DNA of 47,109 nucleotides from an uncultured Candidatus Saccharibacteria bacterium (GTDB lineage Bacteria > Patescibacteriota > Minisyncoccia > UBA6257 > 2-01-FULL-56-20). A program made the translations under genes and the position numbers. A model generated the notes under the pieces. It worked only from the letters and a program-made list of their open reading frames with translations, had not been told where the DNA came from and did no database searches. Location of the stretch: contig CAZHBZ010000007.1 in NCBI GenBank assembly GCA_964530925.1, forward strand, positions 6,207 through 53,315, given 5' to 3'. This document shows positions 1 to 8,351 of the stretch, piece after piece. Position 1 is the stretch's first letter; every line of letters starts with the position of its first letter.

Positions 1-7
1 AACTTTG

Positions 8-16
8 TGTTATAAT
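8..16 (+). promoter_or_regulatory. extended -10 element upstream of ppsA (-35 would be off-window)
   Basis: TGtTATAAT at 8-16, 22 nt before the ATG at 39. Confidence 0.4.
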
Positions 17-38
17 TTGAGTAGTTTAAAAAAACAAA

Positions 39-2477
39 ATGAAAATTTTTAAAGATAAGTTCATCATTCCGTTCGAGAAGATAACTATCAAAGACGTTAG
101 TCTTGTGGGCGGGAAGAACGCATCCTTGGGAGAAATGATCCGCTATGTGAAACCGAAAGGTGTGAGAATCCCAGGAGGGTTCGCGGTGACCGCAGAGGCC
201 TACAGATATTTTTTGGAAAAAACGGGACTCAAGAAGTTTATAAAAGACACGCTCGAAGGTTTGGACACAAAGAATTTAAAAGATCTCGCAAGACGCGGAA
301 AACTGGTTCGGGAAAAGATAAGGGCTACGGAATTTCCGAAAGACCTGAGTTTTGATATCGCCAGGGCCTATAAAGCGCTAGAAAAAGAATACGGAGTGAA
401 TCCGGACGTGGCGGTGCGCTCTTCCGCGACCGCGGAAGACTTGCCGGGCGCGTCTTTTGCCGGAGAGCACGAAACATTTTTGCACATCAAAGGAGCGGAC
501 AGGGTTATTTCCGCGACCCGGGCCGCGATGGCTTCGCTTTTTACCAATCGCGCGATTTCCTATCGCGTAGACAAGGGCTTCTCTCATTTTGATGTGGCTT
601 TGTCCGTCGGCATTCAAAAGATGGTGCGTTCCGACTTGAGCGCATCGGGCGTTATGTTCTCGCTCGACACCGAATCCGGTTTCCAGGGAATCATGCTCAT
701 TAACGCTACCTGGGGTTTGGGAGAATTAATCGTGCAGGGCGAAGTCACCCCCGACGAGTATTTGGTCTTTAAGGGAACAATGAAGGACCACAAAGCTATT
801 ATCAAAAAGCAGATGGGAGATAAGCTCCAGAAAATGGTTTACACGGATTCCAAGCGGGATTCCAATCGGACTATTAAAAAAGTAGCTACCAGTGAAAAAG
901 AAAAAGACAGCTTCGTGCTTTCGGAAGAGGAGATAATGACCCTTGCCAAGTGGGGCAGGGAGATAGAGGCGCACTATACGCTACACAATCATAAGTGGAC
1001 GCCGATGGATATGGAGTGGGCCAAGGACGGACAGAGCGGAGAGTTGTTTATCGTTCAAGCGAGGCCGGAGACGATACACGCGATGCGCGATTATTCCGTG
1101 CTCAAGGAATATACAAGGAAAGATGAGGGGAAGGCGATAGTGAGGGGCGCTTCCGTCGGTTCTAAAATAGCGACCGGCAAAGCGCGGGTGATAATGGATG
1201 CGAAGAACTTGGGAGAGTTTCAAAAAGGAGAAATTCTGGTGACGGATATGACCGATCCGGACTGGGAGCCGATAATGAAAATAGCTTCAGCGATTATCAC
1301 TGATAAAGGGGGTAGAACTTCGCACGCGGCGATAGTCTCGAGAGAACTCGGAATCCCGGCGATAGTCGGAAGCGGCGACGCGACCAAGGTTTTAAAAACC
1401 GGAGACAAGATAACCGTGGACACGACCGGGACGGAAGGTTTGGTTTTAAAAGGCGAGCTTAAGTTCCAAGTAGTCGAGCACGATACAAAGAAAATTCCCG
1501 AACCGCCGGTCAAGATAATGATGAACATCGCGACTCCGGGAATGGCATTTGAAAAATCATTTATTCCGAACGAAGGAGTGGGCCTTGCTCGCGAGGAGTT
1601 CATCATTGCATCGGACATCGGTATTCATCCAAATTCGCTTTTGGATTACGCGAAACTCAAGAAGGGCGATGTGAAGCAACGCGCGGTGGCCAGAGAAATC
1701 GATAAGCGCGTGGTGGGTTGGAAGAGTAAAACGGATTTTTATGTTGATAACCTGGCCTACGGAATCGCTCAGATAGGCGCGGCGTTTTATCCGAAACCCG
1801 TTATTGTGCGCTTTTCGGACTTCAAGACGAATGAATACCGAACGCTCTTGGGCGGAGAATTTTATGAACCCGAGGAAGAAAATCCGATGATCGGCTGGCG
1901 CGGAGCTTCGCGCTATTATGATCCGAAGTTTAAGGCTGCATTTGCCCTGGAGTGCCAAGCGTTTAAAAAAGTAAGACACGAAATGGGGCTTACGAATGTG
2001 GTGCCGATGATACCTTTCTGCCGGACTGTGGAAGAGGCGGAAAAAATTGTGGCGACCATGAAAGAGCACGGCCTCGACAGAAAAAAAGATAAGACGCTAA
2101 AGATCTATGTGATGTGCGAGATTCCCTCTAACGTTCTTTTAGCGGAAGATTTTTTGAAAATATTTGACGGAATGTCTATCGGCTCCAACGACCTGACCCA
2201 GCTTACCTTGGGTCTTGATCGCGACTCGGGAATCGTCCGGCACGTGGCTAACGAAAATAATGAGGCGGTAAAGATGTTGGTGGATAAAATAATCCAGATC
2301 TGTAAGAAAAAGAAAAAATATATCGGTATTTGCGGACAGGCGCCTTCGGATTACGAAGATTTCGCGCTATTTCTCGTGGAGCGGGGAATCGACAGTATGT
2401 CTTTGAATCCGGATGTGGTTATTAAAACCCGTTTGGCGATTTCGAAGATGAAGAGGAGAAGTTGGTGGGCAAGATAG
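39..2477 (+). CDS. ppsA: phosphoenolpyruvate synthase (pyruvate, water dikinase)
   Basis: 812-aa ORF. Motifs: N-terminal VGGKNASLGEM, phospho-His swivel GGRTSHAAIVSRELGIPA, C-terminal PEP-utilising domain GSNDLTQ. Confidence 0.95.
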   Translation: MKIFKDKFIIPFEKITIKDVSLVGGKNASLGEMIRYVKPKGVRIPGGFAVTAEAYRYFLEKTGLKKFIKDTLEGLDTKNLKDLARRGKLVREKIRATEFPKDLSFDIARAYKALEKEYGVNPDVAVRSSATAEDLPGASFAGEHETFLHIKGADRVISATRAAMASLFTNRAISYRVDKGFSHFDVALSVGIQKMVRSDLSASGVMFSLDTESGFQGIMLINATWGLGELIVQGEVTPDEYLVFKGTMKDHKAIIKKQMGDKLQKMVYTDSKRDSNRTIKKVATSEKEKDSFVLSEEEIMTLAKWGREIEAHYTLHNHKWTPMDMEWAKDGQSGELFIVQARPETIHAMRDYSVLKEYTRKDEGKAIVRGASVGSKIATGKARVIMDAKNLGEFQKGEILVTDMTDPDWEPIMKIASAIITDKGGRTSHAAIVSRELGIPAIVGSGDATKVLKTGDKITVDTTGTEGLVLKGELKFQVVEHDTKKIPEPPVKIMMNIATPGMAFEKSFIPNEGVGLAREEFIIASDIGIHPNSLLDYAKLKKGDVKQRAVAREIDKRVVGWKSKTDFYVDNLAYGIAQIGAAFYPKPVIVRFSDFKTNEYRTLLGGEFYEPEEENPMIGWRGASRYYDPKFKAAFALECQAFKKVRHEMGLTNVVPMIPFCRTVEEAEKIVATMKEHGLDRKKDKTLKIYVMCEIPSNVLLAEDFLKIFDGMSIGSNDLTQLTLGLDRDSGIVRHVANENNEAVKMLVDKIIQICKKKKKYIGICGQAPSDYEDFALFLVERGIDSMSLNPDVVIKTRLAISKMKRRSWWAR

Positions 2478-2509
2478 AATATAGAATATAGAAAGTAGAA
2501 AATAGAATC
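2475..2509. repeat. 5 tandem heptamers TAGAATA/TAGAATA/TAGAAAG/TAGAAAA/TAGAATC; the first TAG is the ppsA stop codon
   Basis: Read directly. The 7-nt period puts TAG at 2475, 2482, 2489, 2496 and 2503, covering all three frames. Confidence 0.9.
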
Positions 2510-2523
2510 ATCGGAAATGAAAA

Positions 2524-2545
2524 GCGGCGCCCTTTCGGGCGCCGC
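2524..2545. terminator. GC-rich hairpin after ppsA
   Basis: GCGGCGCCC-TTTC-GGGCGCCGC. The A-run precedes it and the downstream U-tract is weak, so its direction is ambiguous. Confidence 0.5.
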
Positions 2546-2551
2546 GATTGG

Positions 2552-2580
2552 TTGACGTCGGGCTTCGCTTGGCGTATATT
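2552..2580 (+). promoter_or_regulatory. sigma70-type promoter for the small HTH cassette
   Basis: TTGACG (2552-2557), 17-nt spacer, TATATT (2575-2580). Confidence 0.55.
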
Positions 2581-2613
2581 CTGGCCAGAACCAAGGAAGG
2601 GAGGCTCATTGAA

Positions 2614-2814
2614 ATGTCTGGGAAAGAGATTGGAGACAAAGAGTTTGTCGATGCGATAAACTCATGTCTGAAGAATTACTCCGTTGGCGACATTGCCTCG
2701 GCTATCCTAGTTTCTGTTTCGACTGTGCGTAGGTGGGCTAGGGGCGACAATCTTCCTCATCAGGCCATGAGGGAGCCTATCCTCACCGGAATCAAGCACC
2801 TGCTCGTTGGGTGA
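2614..2814 (+). CDS. small HTH-like protein (66 aa), function unknown
   Basis: ATG at 2614 preceded by AAGGAAGGGAGG. HTH-like segment DIASAILVSVSTVRRWARGD. The TTG start at 2548 in the ORF track lies upstream of the predicted promoter. Confidence 0.6.
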   Translation: MSGKEIGDKEFVDAINSCLKNYSVGDIASAILVSVSTVRRWARGDNLPHQAMREPILTGIKHLLVG

Positions 2815-2828
2815 AAGGAGGAGCCAAA

Positions 2829-3077
2829 ATGTGCGTGAGAATGGGCCTGCATGGCGTTCCCCTGGATGATGTCACTTTGGATGACATGTCCATGGAGGAG
2901 CGAAGTTTCTGGCTGAGTTTTATGGAGCTCGCGAGCCAAGAGATCGACCGGGCGGAATCCCGGCCCATCAAGCCGTCTTCTGCGCTCCAGGCGAAGTACG
3001 CGAAGGCGGTCAAGGACTATAATGGAAGGATCTACTGCCAAGTGAACGGCCTCGAAAATATTTTCTCTTTCGCGTGA
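2829..3077 (+). CDS. hypothetical protein (82 aa)
   Basis: ATG at 2829 preceded by AAGGAGG (2815-2821). It is coupled to the upstream gene and no motif was recognised. Confidence 0.5.
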   Translation: MCVRMGLHGVPLDDVTLDDMSMEERSFWLSFMELASQEIDRAESRPIKPSSALQAKYAKAVKDYNGRIYCQVNGLENIFSFA

Positions 3078-3088
3078 ACGACATACCC

Positions 3089-3111
3089 CCGGGCTTCGGC
3101 CCGGTTTTTTT
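3089..3111 (+). terminator. rho-independent terminator
   Basis: CCGGGC-TTCG-GCCCGG followed by TTTTTTTA. Confidence 0.8.
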
Positions 3112-3165
3112 ATGTCAATTTAGGGTTTATTTCTTGGTAAAAATCGATTAAGATTTATTAATATA

Positions 3166-4572
3166 ATGTCTGAATATAAGCCCACAATAGGACTGGAGAT
3201 CCATGCCGAGCTTAAAACCCGGACCAAGATGTTTTGTGATTCGCCGAATAACCCGGACGAGGCGCATCCTAACGTCAACGTTTGTCCGATTTGTATGGGC
3301 CACCCCGGGTGTCTGCCGGTTATGAATAAAAAAGCGATAGAGTCGGTTATCCGGGTGGGGCTCGCCTTGGGCGGAAAAATTGCTCCGATAACAAAATTTG
3401 ATCGCAAAAATTATTTTTATCCCGATCTGCCAAAGGGATATCAAATTTCCCAATACGACAAGCCGTTGGTTTCCGGGGGGAGCTTGGTCGGTGTGCGCAT
3501 TACTCGCGTGCATTTGGAAGAGGACACTGGAACCCTGGGGCACGACAGCGAGGGCAAAAGCTTGGTTGATTTTAATCGCGCGGGCGTTCCGCTCATGGAG
3601 CTCGTGACCGAGCCGGATATTACTTCTGCCGAACAGGCGGTAGCTTTTGGCAAAGAACTTCAAAGGATTTTACGCTACTTGGGTGTGAGCGACGCGAATA
3701 TGGAAAAAGGGGAGATGCGGGTAGAGGTCAATATCTCCATGAATATGGGGACAAAAATAGAGGTGAAGAATATAAACTCTTTTAAAGCCGTAGAGGGCGC
3801 GGTGGCGGCGGAGATAAAACGCCAAACGGAACTTCTTTTGAGGGGAGAGGGAGACAAAATAAAACAAGAAACCCGTGGTTGGGACGACGTTAAAAAAACC
3901 ACGTTCAGCCAGCGTTCCAAGGAAAGCGCGCACGAATACAGATATTTTCCCGATCCGGATCTGCCGCCTTTTTCCACCGATCAATTTGAGATAGAGAAAT
4001 TGCGCGCGGAACTCCCGGAGTTGCCGCAGGCTAAACGGGAGAGATTTGGGTTGGAATACGGACTTACTGAATCTCAGGTAGATCTTTTGGTCGACGAAGA
4101 AGCTCTCGCCAATTACTACGAAGAAGCGGTTTCGGAACTCAAAGAGAAGGTGGATGGCGCCGACGCGGGCTTGCTCTATAACTATTTAACGAGCGACTTG
4201 AAAGGCCTCATGAAAGAAGACGGCGTGTCTATCGCGGAATGCAAAGTTGTCCCCGAACACTTGGCGCATCTGGTATCTCTTATCCAAGGCGAGAAGATAA
4301 CCAGCCGACAGGCCAAGGAGATGCTCGCCGAAATGTTTAAAACCGGAGCGGATGTAGAGGAATTGGCGGCCAAGAACGAAAGTATTGGCGGAGACGTTTT
4401 GGAAAAAGCCGCGAAGGAGGCCATTGCCGAGAATCCGAACGCGGTGGCCGACTATAAAAAAGGAAAAGAAGCCAGCCTCCAATTTCTGGTTGGCCAAGTG
4501 ATGAAGAAGACCAAGGGCGCCGCGAAACCGGCGGAACTTCAACCGCTTCTTAAGGAGCTTTTGGAAAAATAA
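3166..4572 (+). CDS. gatB: Asp/Glu-tRNA(Asn/Gln) amidotransferase subunit B
   Basis: 468 aa. N-terminus PTIGLEIHAELKT..KMFC, CPICMGHPGCLP, C-terminal GatB/YqeY tail. Confidence 0.95.
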   Translation: MSEYKPTIGLEIHAELKTRTKMFCDSPNNPDEAHPNVNVCPICMGHPGCLPVMNKKAIESVIRVGLALGGKIAPITKFDRKNYFYPDLPKGYQISQYDKPLVSGGSLVGVRITRVHLEEDTGTLGHDSEGKSLVDFNRAGVPLMELVTEPDITSAEQAVAFGKELQRILRYLGVSDANMEKGEMRVEVNISMNMGTKIEVKNINSFKAVEGAVAAEIKRQTELLLRGEGDKIKQETRGWDDVKKTTFSQRSKESAHEYRYFPDPDLPPFSTDQFEIEKLRAELPELPQAKRERFGLEYGLTESQVDLLVDEEALANYYEEAVSELKEKVDGADAGLLYNYLTSDLKGLMKEDGVSIAECKVVPEHLAHLVSLIQGEKITSRQAKEMLAEMFKTGADVEELAAKNESIGGDVLEKAAKEAIAENPNAVADYKKGKEASLQFLVGQVMKKTKGAAKPAELQPLLKELLEK

Positions 4573-4608
4573 AGATAATAGCTAATTTTTTATCGATATT
4601 CGCGCCCT

Positions 4609-4638
4609 TTGGCGTATAGCATATATGCTATACGCCAA
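4609..4638. terminator. perfect 30-bp palindrome between convergent gatB and miaA
   Basis: TTGGCGTATAGCATATATGCTATACGCCAA equals its own reverse complement. Confidence 0.65.
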
Positions 4639-4670
4639 GAAAGCGTTGGAACGCGTTTAAGTGTGAATCC

Positions 4671-5621
4671 CTAGGCCAGAAAGCGGCGCAAGAGCGAGGC
4701 CGCTTCTTTTTTATTTTTCACCCAGTGAATGTTTTTGTCTTTTTTAAACCAAGTGTTTTGCCTTTTGGCGAACTTAAATATCTCCCGGGAAAGTTCCTCT
4801 TCCATTTTCTTTTTGGTGAGCATCCCGCGTAAGTACCTTGAAACATAACGATACTCCAATCCCAATGCTTCCATCCGTTTAAAGCTCAAACCGTTTTCGT
4901 GAAGGCGGGTGACTTCTTTTATAAGGCCGAGTTTCAAACGTTTCTTGAGCCGCAGATCAATTCTTTTTTTAAGCGTTTCAAGAGGGAAGTTTAAACCCAT
5001 TTTTAAAGCGCTATATTCTTCTTCCCGGTTTCTCGCCGGAGACTTGCCGATGGCTTTGGCAATTTCTATCGCGCGGATAAGGCGGTGCGTATTTTTGGCA
5101 TCAATGTTTCTGGCGCGCCCCGGGTCCATTTTTTTGAGGAGCAAAAACAATTCTGCGGCAGATTTCTTTAGAAGTTTTTTACGTAGCGCGGCATTCGGCG
5201 GAACAGGAGCGAGACTTTGCTTCTCGAGCGCTGCGGCGATATAGAAGCCTGTGCCTCCGCAGACAATCGGGAGCTTTCCCCTTTTAATTATCTTTTTGAC
5301 CGCAATCTTTGCGAGGTGGGCATAATCGGAAGCGGTAAAGACGCGGTTTGCGGAAGCGACATCCAATAGGTAGTGGGGGATGCCACGATACAAATAGTTG
5401 GTAGTTTGTCGTGAGTAGTTAGTAGAAAAACGCGAAGAACGCACCCGGTCGCGGGAGACTTTGCCGGTCCCCAGGTCAAGACCCTTATAAACCTGACGGG
5501 AATCCGCAGAAATTATTTCTCCATTGAATTGCTTAGCCAAATCCACGGCAAAATCGGATTTGCCCGTAGACGTAGGGCCAAGAATGACCAGTATTTTCGG
5601 GATTTTCGAACCTATTGACAT
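4671..5621 (-). CDS. miaA: tRNA dimethylallyltransferase
   Basis: P-loop GPTSTGKS, ISADSRQVYKGLDLGTGK. Start moved to the internal ATG (MSIGSKIPKILVILGPT) at 5621. Confidence 0.9.
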   Translation of the reverse strand: MSIGSKIPKILVILGPTSTGKSDFAVDLAKQFNGEIISADSRQVYKGLDLGTGKVSRDRVRSSRFSTNYSRQTTNYLYRGIPHYLLDVASANRVFTASDYAHLAKIAVKKIIKRGKLPIVCGGTGFYIAAALEKQSLAPVPPNAALRKKLLKKSAAELFLLLKKMDPGRARNIDAKNTHRLIRAIEIAKAIGKSPARNREEEYSALKMGLNFPLETLKKRIDLRLKKRLKLGLIKEVTRLHENGLSFKRMEALGLEYRYVSRYLRGMLTKKKMEEELSREIFKFAKRQNTWFKKDKNIHWVKNKKEAASLLRRFLA

Positions 5622-5642
5622 TTTATATGTATATGATACAAT
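5615..5642 (+). promoter_or_regulatory. promoter with extended -10
   Basis: TTGACA (5615-5620), 16-nt spacer that includes TGa, then TACAAT (5637-5642). Confidence 0.6.
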
Positions 5643-5704
5643 GTACCTCAAGATCTTCGGATCTGCAACCTGCACGAAAACAGAGAAAAGAAAGGGGGTC
5701 CAAA

Positions 5705-6064
5705 ATGGACTTCACGAACATCGGCCTCTCGCTCCTCATCACCGCGCTCCTCGTTCTCTTCATCGCGAGCGTCATGCACGCGGCGAAGAAGCTCGCCGGC
5801 TCCGCCCAGAAGTCGGCGGAGAAGTCGGTCGCGGAGGAGATCTTCCGCGTCCCCAACGGGCGAGCGGAGTACCGCAATCTCGTGGGTCGCACCGTCCGCT
5901 ACCGGAAGAGCCGTAAGGCTCTCCGGCGCGGAGCCAAGGAGTTCGGCAAGGCCGAGCTCGTCGGCTCCGGGTGGCGATACCGGGGAGGCCGGCTCTGCCT
6001 CGTCGCGAAGCTCAAGAACGAGGTCGGAACCATCCTCTACAGGTACAACTTCGAGGTCGCCTGA
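5705..6064 (+). CDS. hypothetical membrane-anchored basic protein (119 aa)
   Basis: ATG at 5705 with AAGGGGG upstream. One N-terminal TM helix (IGLSLLITALLVLFIASV). 29 of the first 30 codons end in G/C. Confidence 0.6.
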   Translation: MDFTNIGLSLLITALLVLFIASVMHAAKKLAGSAQKSAEKSVAEEIFRVPNGRAEYRNLVGRTVRYRKSRKALRRGAKEFGKAELVGSGWRYRGGRLCLVAKLKNEVGTILYRYNFEVA

Positions 6065-6094
6065 ATCCCCACTGCTCTTTAGCTTCTAGCTGCA

Positions 6095-6135
6095 CCCCGT
6101 CCTATACGCATTTGCGTCGGACGGGGCTTTTTTAT
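6095..6135 (+). terminator. rho-independent terminator
   Basis: CCCCGTCC...GGACGGGG followed by CTTTTTTATT. Confidence 0.75.
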
Positions 6136-6155
6136 TCAAAAAAAACAAAACACGC

Positions 6156-6183
6156 TTGACTTTATATACTTTTGTGATATACT
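6156..6183 (+). promoter_or_regulatory. promoter with extended -10
   Basis: TTGACT (6156-6161), 16-nt spacer that includes TGa, then TATACT (6178-6183). Confidence 0.6.
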
Positions 6184-6219
6184 GAGCGGAGCTCGAAATA
6201 AAACCCAGAAGGAGAAAGA

Positions 6220-6438
6220 ATGAGTACCGGAAAGTTTTTCATGGCTCTCGTCATCGCCGTCATGCTCGGAATGACCATCGGTATTCTGGACATGCTCAAT
6301 GTCTCGGCAGCCGCCCACGGCGGAATCCTCGTGGTCCCGCACTGGGTTGTCAAAGTCGGCGGCGTTCTTTTCATGCTCGCGATGATGACGCTTGTTCCCG
6401 CACTTCGCCTCGTAAGGGAAAGTGAGGGGGTTCGATGA
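6220..6438 (+). CDS. small membrane protein (72 aa, 2 TM)
   Basis: AAGGAG SD upstream. Hydrophobic segments FFMALVIAVMLGMTIGIL and VGGVLFMLAMMTLVPAL. Confidence 0.6.
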   Translation: MSTGKFFMALVIAVMLGMTIGILDMLNVSAAAHGGILVVPHWVVKVGGVLFMLAMMTLVPALRLVRESEGVR

Positions 6439-6557
6439 AGTTCAAGAGGATAATCTCCTATATCGTCCCCGCGCTCCTCGTTCCGGTCGGGTATCTCTTC
6501 CTGGTTTTTACCCGGGATGGATTCCGGTCGGGGCATCTCACCGTCGAATCCGAGTAA
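6435..6557 (+). CDS. small membrane peptide (40 aa), below the ORF-track size cutoff
   Basis: ATGA start/stop overlap with the upstream gene, GAGGGGG SD, product MKFKRIISYIVPALLVPVGYLFLVFTRDGFRSGHLTVESE. Confidence 0.45.
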   Translation: MKFKRIISYIVPALLVPVGYLFLVFTRDGFRSGHLTVESE

Positions 6558-6570
6558 CGGTTCGACAAAA

Positions 6571-6593
6571 AGCCCCCGGTGTTCCCGGGGGCT
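6571..6593 (-). terminator. thrS terminator
   Basis: AGCCCCCGG/CCGGGGGCT hairpin; the U-run is on the minus strand only. Confidence 0.7.
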
Positions 6594-6602
6594 AAAACTT
6601 TA

Positions 6603-8351
6603 TTAAATAGTTTTTCCGGCGACTTCTTTCACCATCTTTTCCGCAATTTCTTTAAGAGGCAGAGTTCCTTCCTGCCCGCGCCTGTAGTGACGGACATTTA
6701 CTTCGCCCGCGGATTCCTCTTTTTCTCCGACAACCAACACATAGGGGATCTTTTGCATCTCCGCGATTCGAACGCGCTTGCCCAAGGTCTCATCTGCCGC
6801 GTGAAGTTCCGCGCGAATGCCTGCCTCTGTCAAGCTGTTCATAACTTTCTCCGCATATTTGGAAAACTTTTCGCTTACAGGGATTATTGCCGCTTGAACC
6901 GGCGCGAGCCACAGAGGGAATGCTCCCGCGAAGTGCTCTATCGCGATCGACAGGAATCGTTCTATGGAGCCCATTATCGCCGCGTGAATCATAACTATTC
7001 TTTCCGGTTGGCCGCTTTCGTTCGTGCAGGTCAGGTCGAACCTTTCCGGCATGTTCATGTCGAGCTGTATTGTCGCCACTTGCCACTCTCGTCCCAGAGA
7101 ATCCTTGGCCATGAAATCCAATTTTGGGCCATAGAATGCGGCTTCGCCCAAGCCCTCGAACCAATCCACTTTCTTTTCGGTCACGATATCTCGCAGAATT
7201 CCTTCGGCCACAGCCCAGTTTTCTTTATTACCTAAATATTTTTCGGGATTCTCGGGGTCGTGGATGGAGAGGCGGACGCGAAGATCAAATCCGAATTTCG
7301 GATAAAATTCATGGATAATATCCCAAATTTTTAAAAATTCCTCTTTGGCTTGGCTCATCCGGCAGAACACGTGGGCGTCGTCCTGGGCGAAAGCGCGAAC
7401 GCGGGAAAGTCCTGAAAGTTCCCCGGTCTGTTCGTCCCGATAGCAGGTGGTGGTATTAGCGTAGCGTTGCGGGAGCTCCCGATAACTCCAGGGCTTCCGG
7501 GCATATATTTGGGTGTGATGCGGACAGTTCATCGGTTTCATCGCGAATTGATGACCTTCGCGCGTGGTTATCCTAAAAAGATCATCCTTATATTTTTCCC
7601 AGTGGCCGCTTTTCTCGTAGAGATCTTTTTTGGTGATGTGCGGGATTTCTACTTTTTCGTAGCCGCGCTTTTCCCGTAGTTCCCAAACGAAATTATCCAG
7701 GAGGTTTCTCATCAAGGTTCCTTTTGGAGTCCAGAGCGGAAGTCCCGGGCCGACGAGTTCGGAAAACACGAAAATATCCAATTCGGGGCCAAGTTTTTTA
7801 TGGTCGCGCTTTTTCGCCTCCTCCATCATCTTAAGATACGCGTCCAAATCGCCTTTAGAAGAAAATGCCAAGCCGTAAATGCGTTGGAGCATTTGGTTTT
7901 TTTCATCGCCCCTCCAATACGCGCCGGCTATCTTGTCGAGTTTAAATGCGTCCGCGTTTATCAGGGAAGTGTTATCTACGTGGCCGCCACGGCAAAGGTC
8001 CAAAAATACATCACCGGTTTTGTAGATTGTCAGTTTTTTACCTTCATCGGCGAACTCTTCTATTAATTCCAATTTGAACGGCTGGTCTTTAAATATTTTT
8101 TTGGCCTCAGCCTTTGTGACTTCTTCTCCGGAAAATGCCAATTTTCCGCCAATCATCTTTTTCATATCCTTCTCGAAATCTTTAAGATCCTCCGGGGCGA
8201 GAGAGCGGGGGAGCAGGAAGTCATAGTAAAATCCGTTCTCGATGACTGGGCCGATGGCGAGTTTCGCGTCCGGAAATTTCTTTAAAACCGCGGCGGCCAA
8301 AAGGTGAGCTAAAGAGTGTCTGATACCATCCAACTTTTTTTCGTTATCCAT
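6603..8351 (-). CDS. thrS: threonyl-tRNA synthetase (no N-terminal TGS domain)
   Basis: 582 aa. Begins at IRHSLAHLLAAAV..AIGPVIENGFYYDF (editing/SAD region). Class II motifs FRDEQTGELSGLSRVRAFAQDDAH and GAFYGPK. Confidence 0.95.
   Translation of the reverse strand: MDNEKKLDGIRHSLAHLLAAAVLKKFPDAKLAIGPVIENGFYYDFLLPRSLAPEDLKDFEKDMKKMIGGKLAFSGEEVTKAEAKKIFKDQPFKLELIEEFADEGKKLTIYKTGDVFLDLCRGGHVDNTSLINADAFKLDKIAGAYWRGDEKNQMLQRIYGLAFSSKGDLDAYLKMMEEAKKRDHKKLGPELDIFVFSELVGPGLPLWTPKGTLMRNLLDNFVWELREKRGYEKVEIPHITKKDLYEKSGHWEKYKDDLFRITTREGHQFAMKPMNCPHHTQIYARKPWSYRELPQRYANTTTCYRDEQTGELSGLSRVRAFAQDDAHVFCRMSQAKEEFLKIWDIIHEFYPKFGFDLRVRLSIHDPENPEKYLGNKENWAVAEGILRDIVTEKKVDWFEGLGEAAFYGPKLDFMAKDSLGREWQVATIQLDMNMPERFDLTCTNESGQPERIVMIHAAIMGSIERFLSIAIEHFAGAFPLWLAPVQAAIIPVSEKFSKYAEKVMNSLTEAGIRAELHAADETLGKRVRIAEMQKIPYVLVVGEKEESAGEVNVRHYRRGQEGTLPLKEIAEKMVKEVAGKTI

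Noticed and set aside
2548-2613. N-terminal extensions in the ORF track (TTG 2548; also 5615, 9428, 9957, 12029, 13795, 16262, 22220, 24294, 38751, 41365, 41775, 44572)
   Set aside because: In each case an internal start has an SD or a leaderless -10 at the right distance, or the extension crosses a promoter, a terminator or the neighbouring gene.
5524-6159. Overlapping ORFs 5524-5916, 5623-5892 and 5971-6159 around the GC-rich ORFan
   Set aside because: Stop-free alternative frames are expected at this GC3 level. Only the 5705-6064 frame has a promoter, an SD and a terminator in register.
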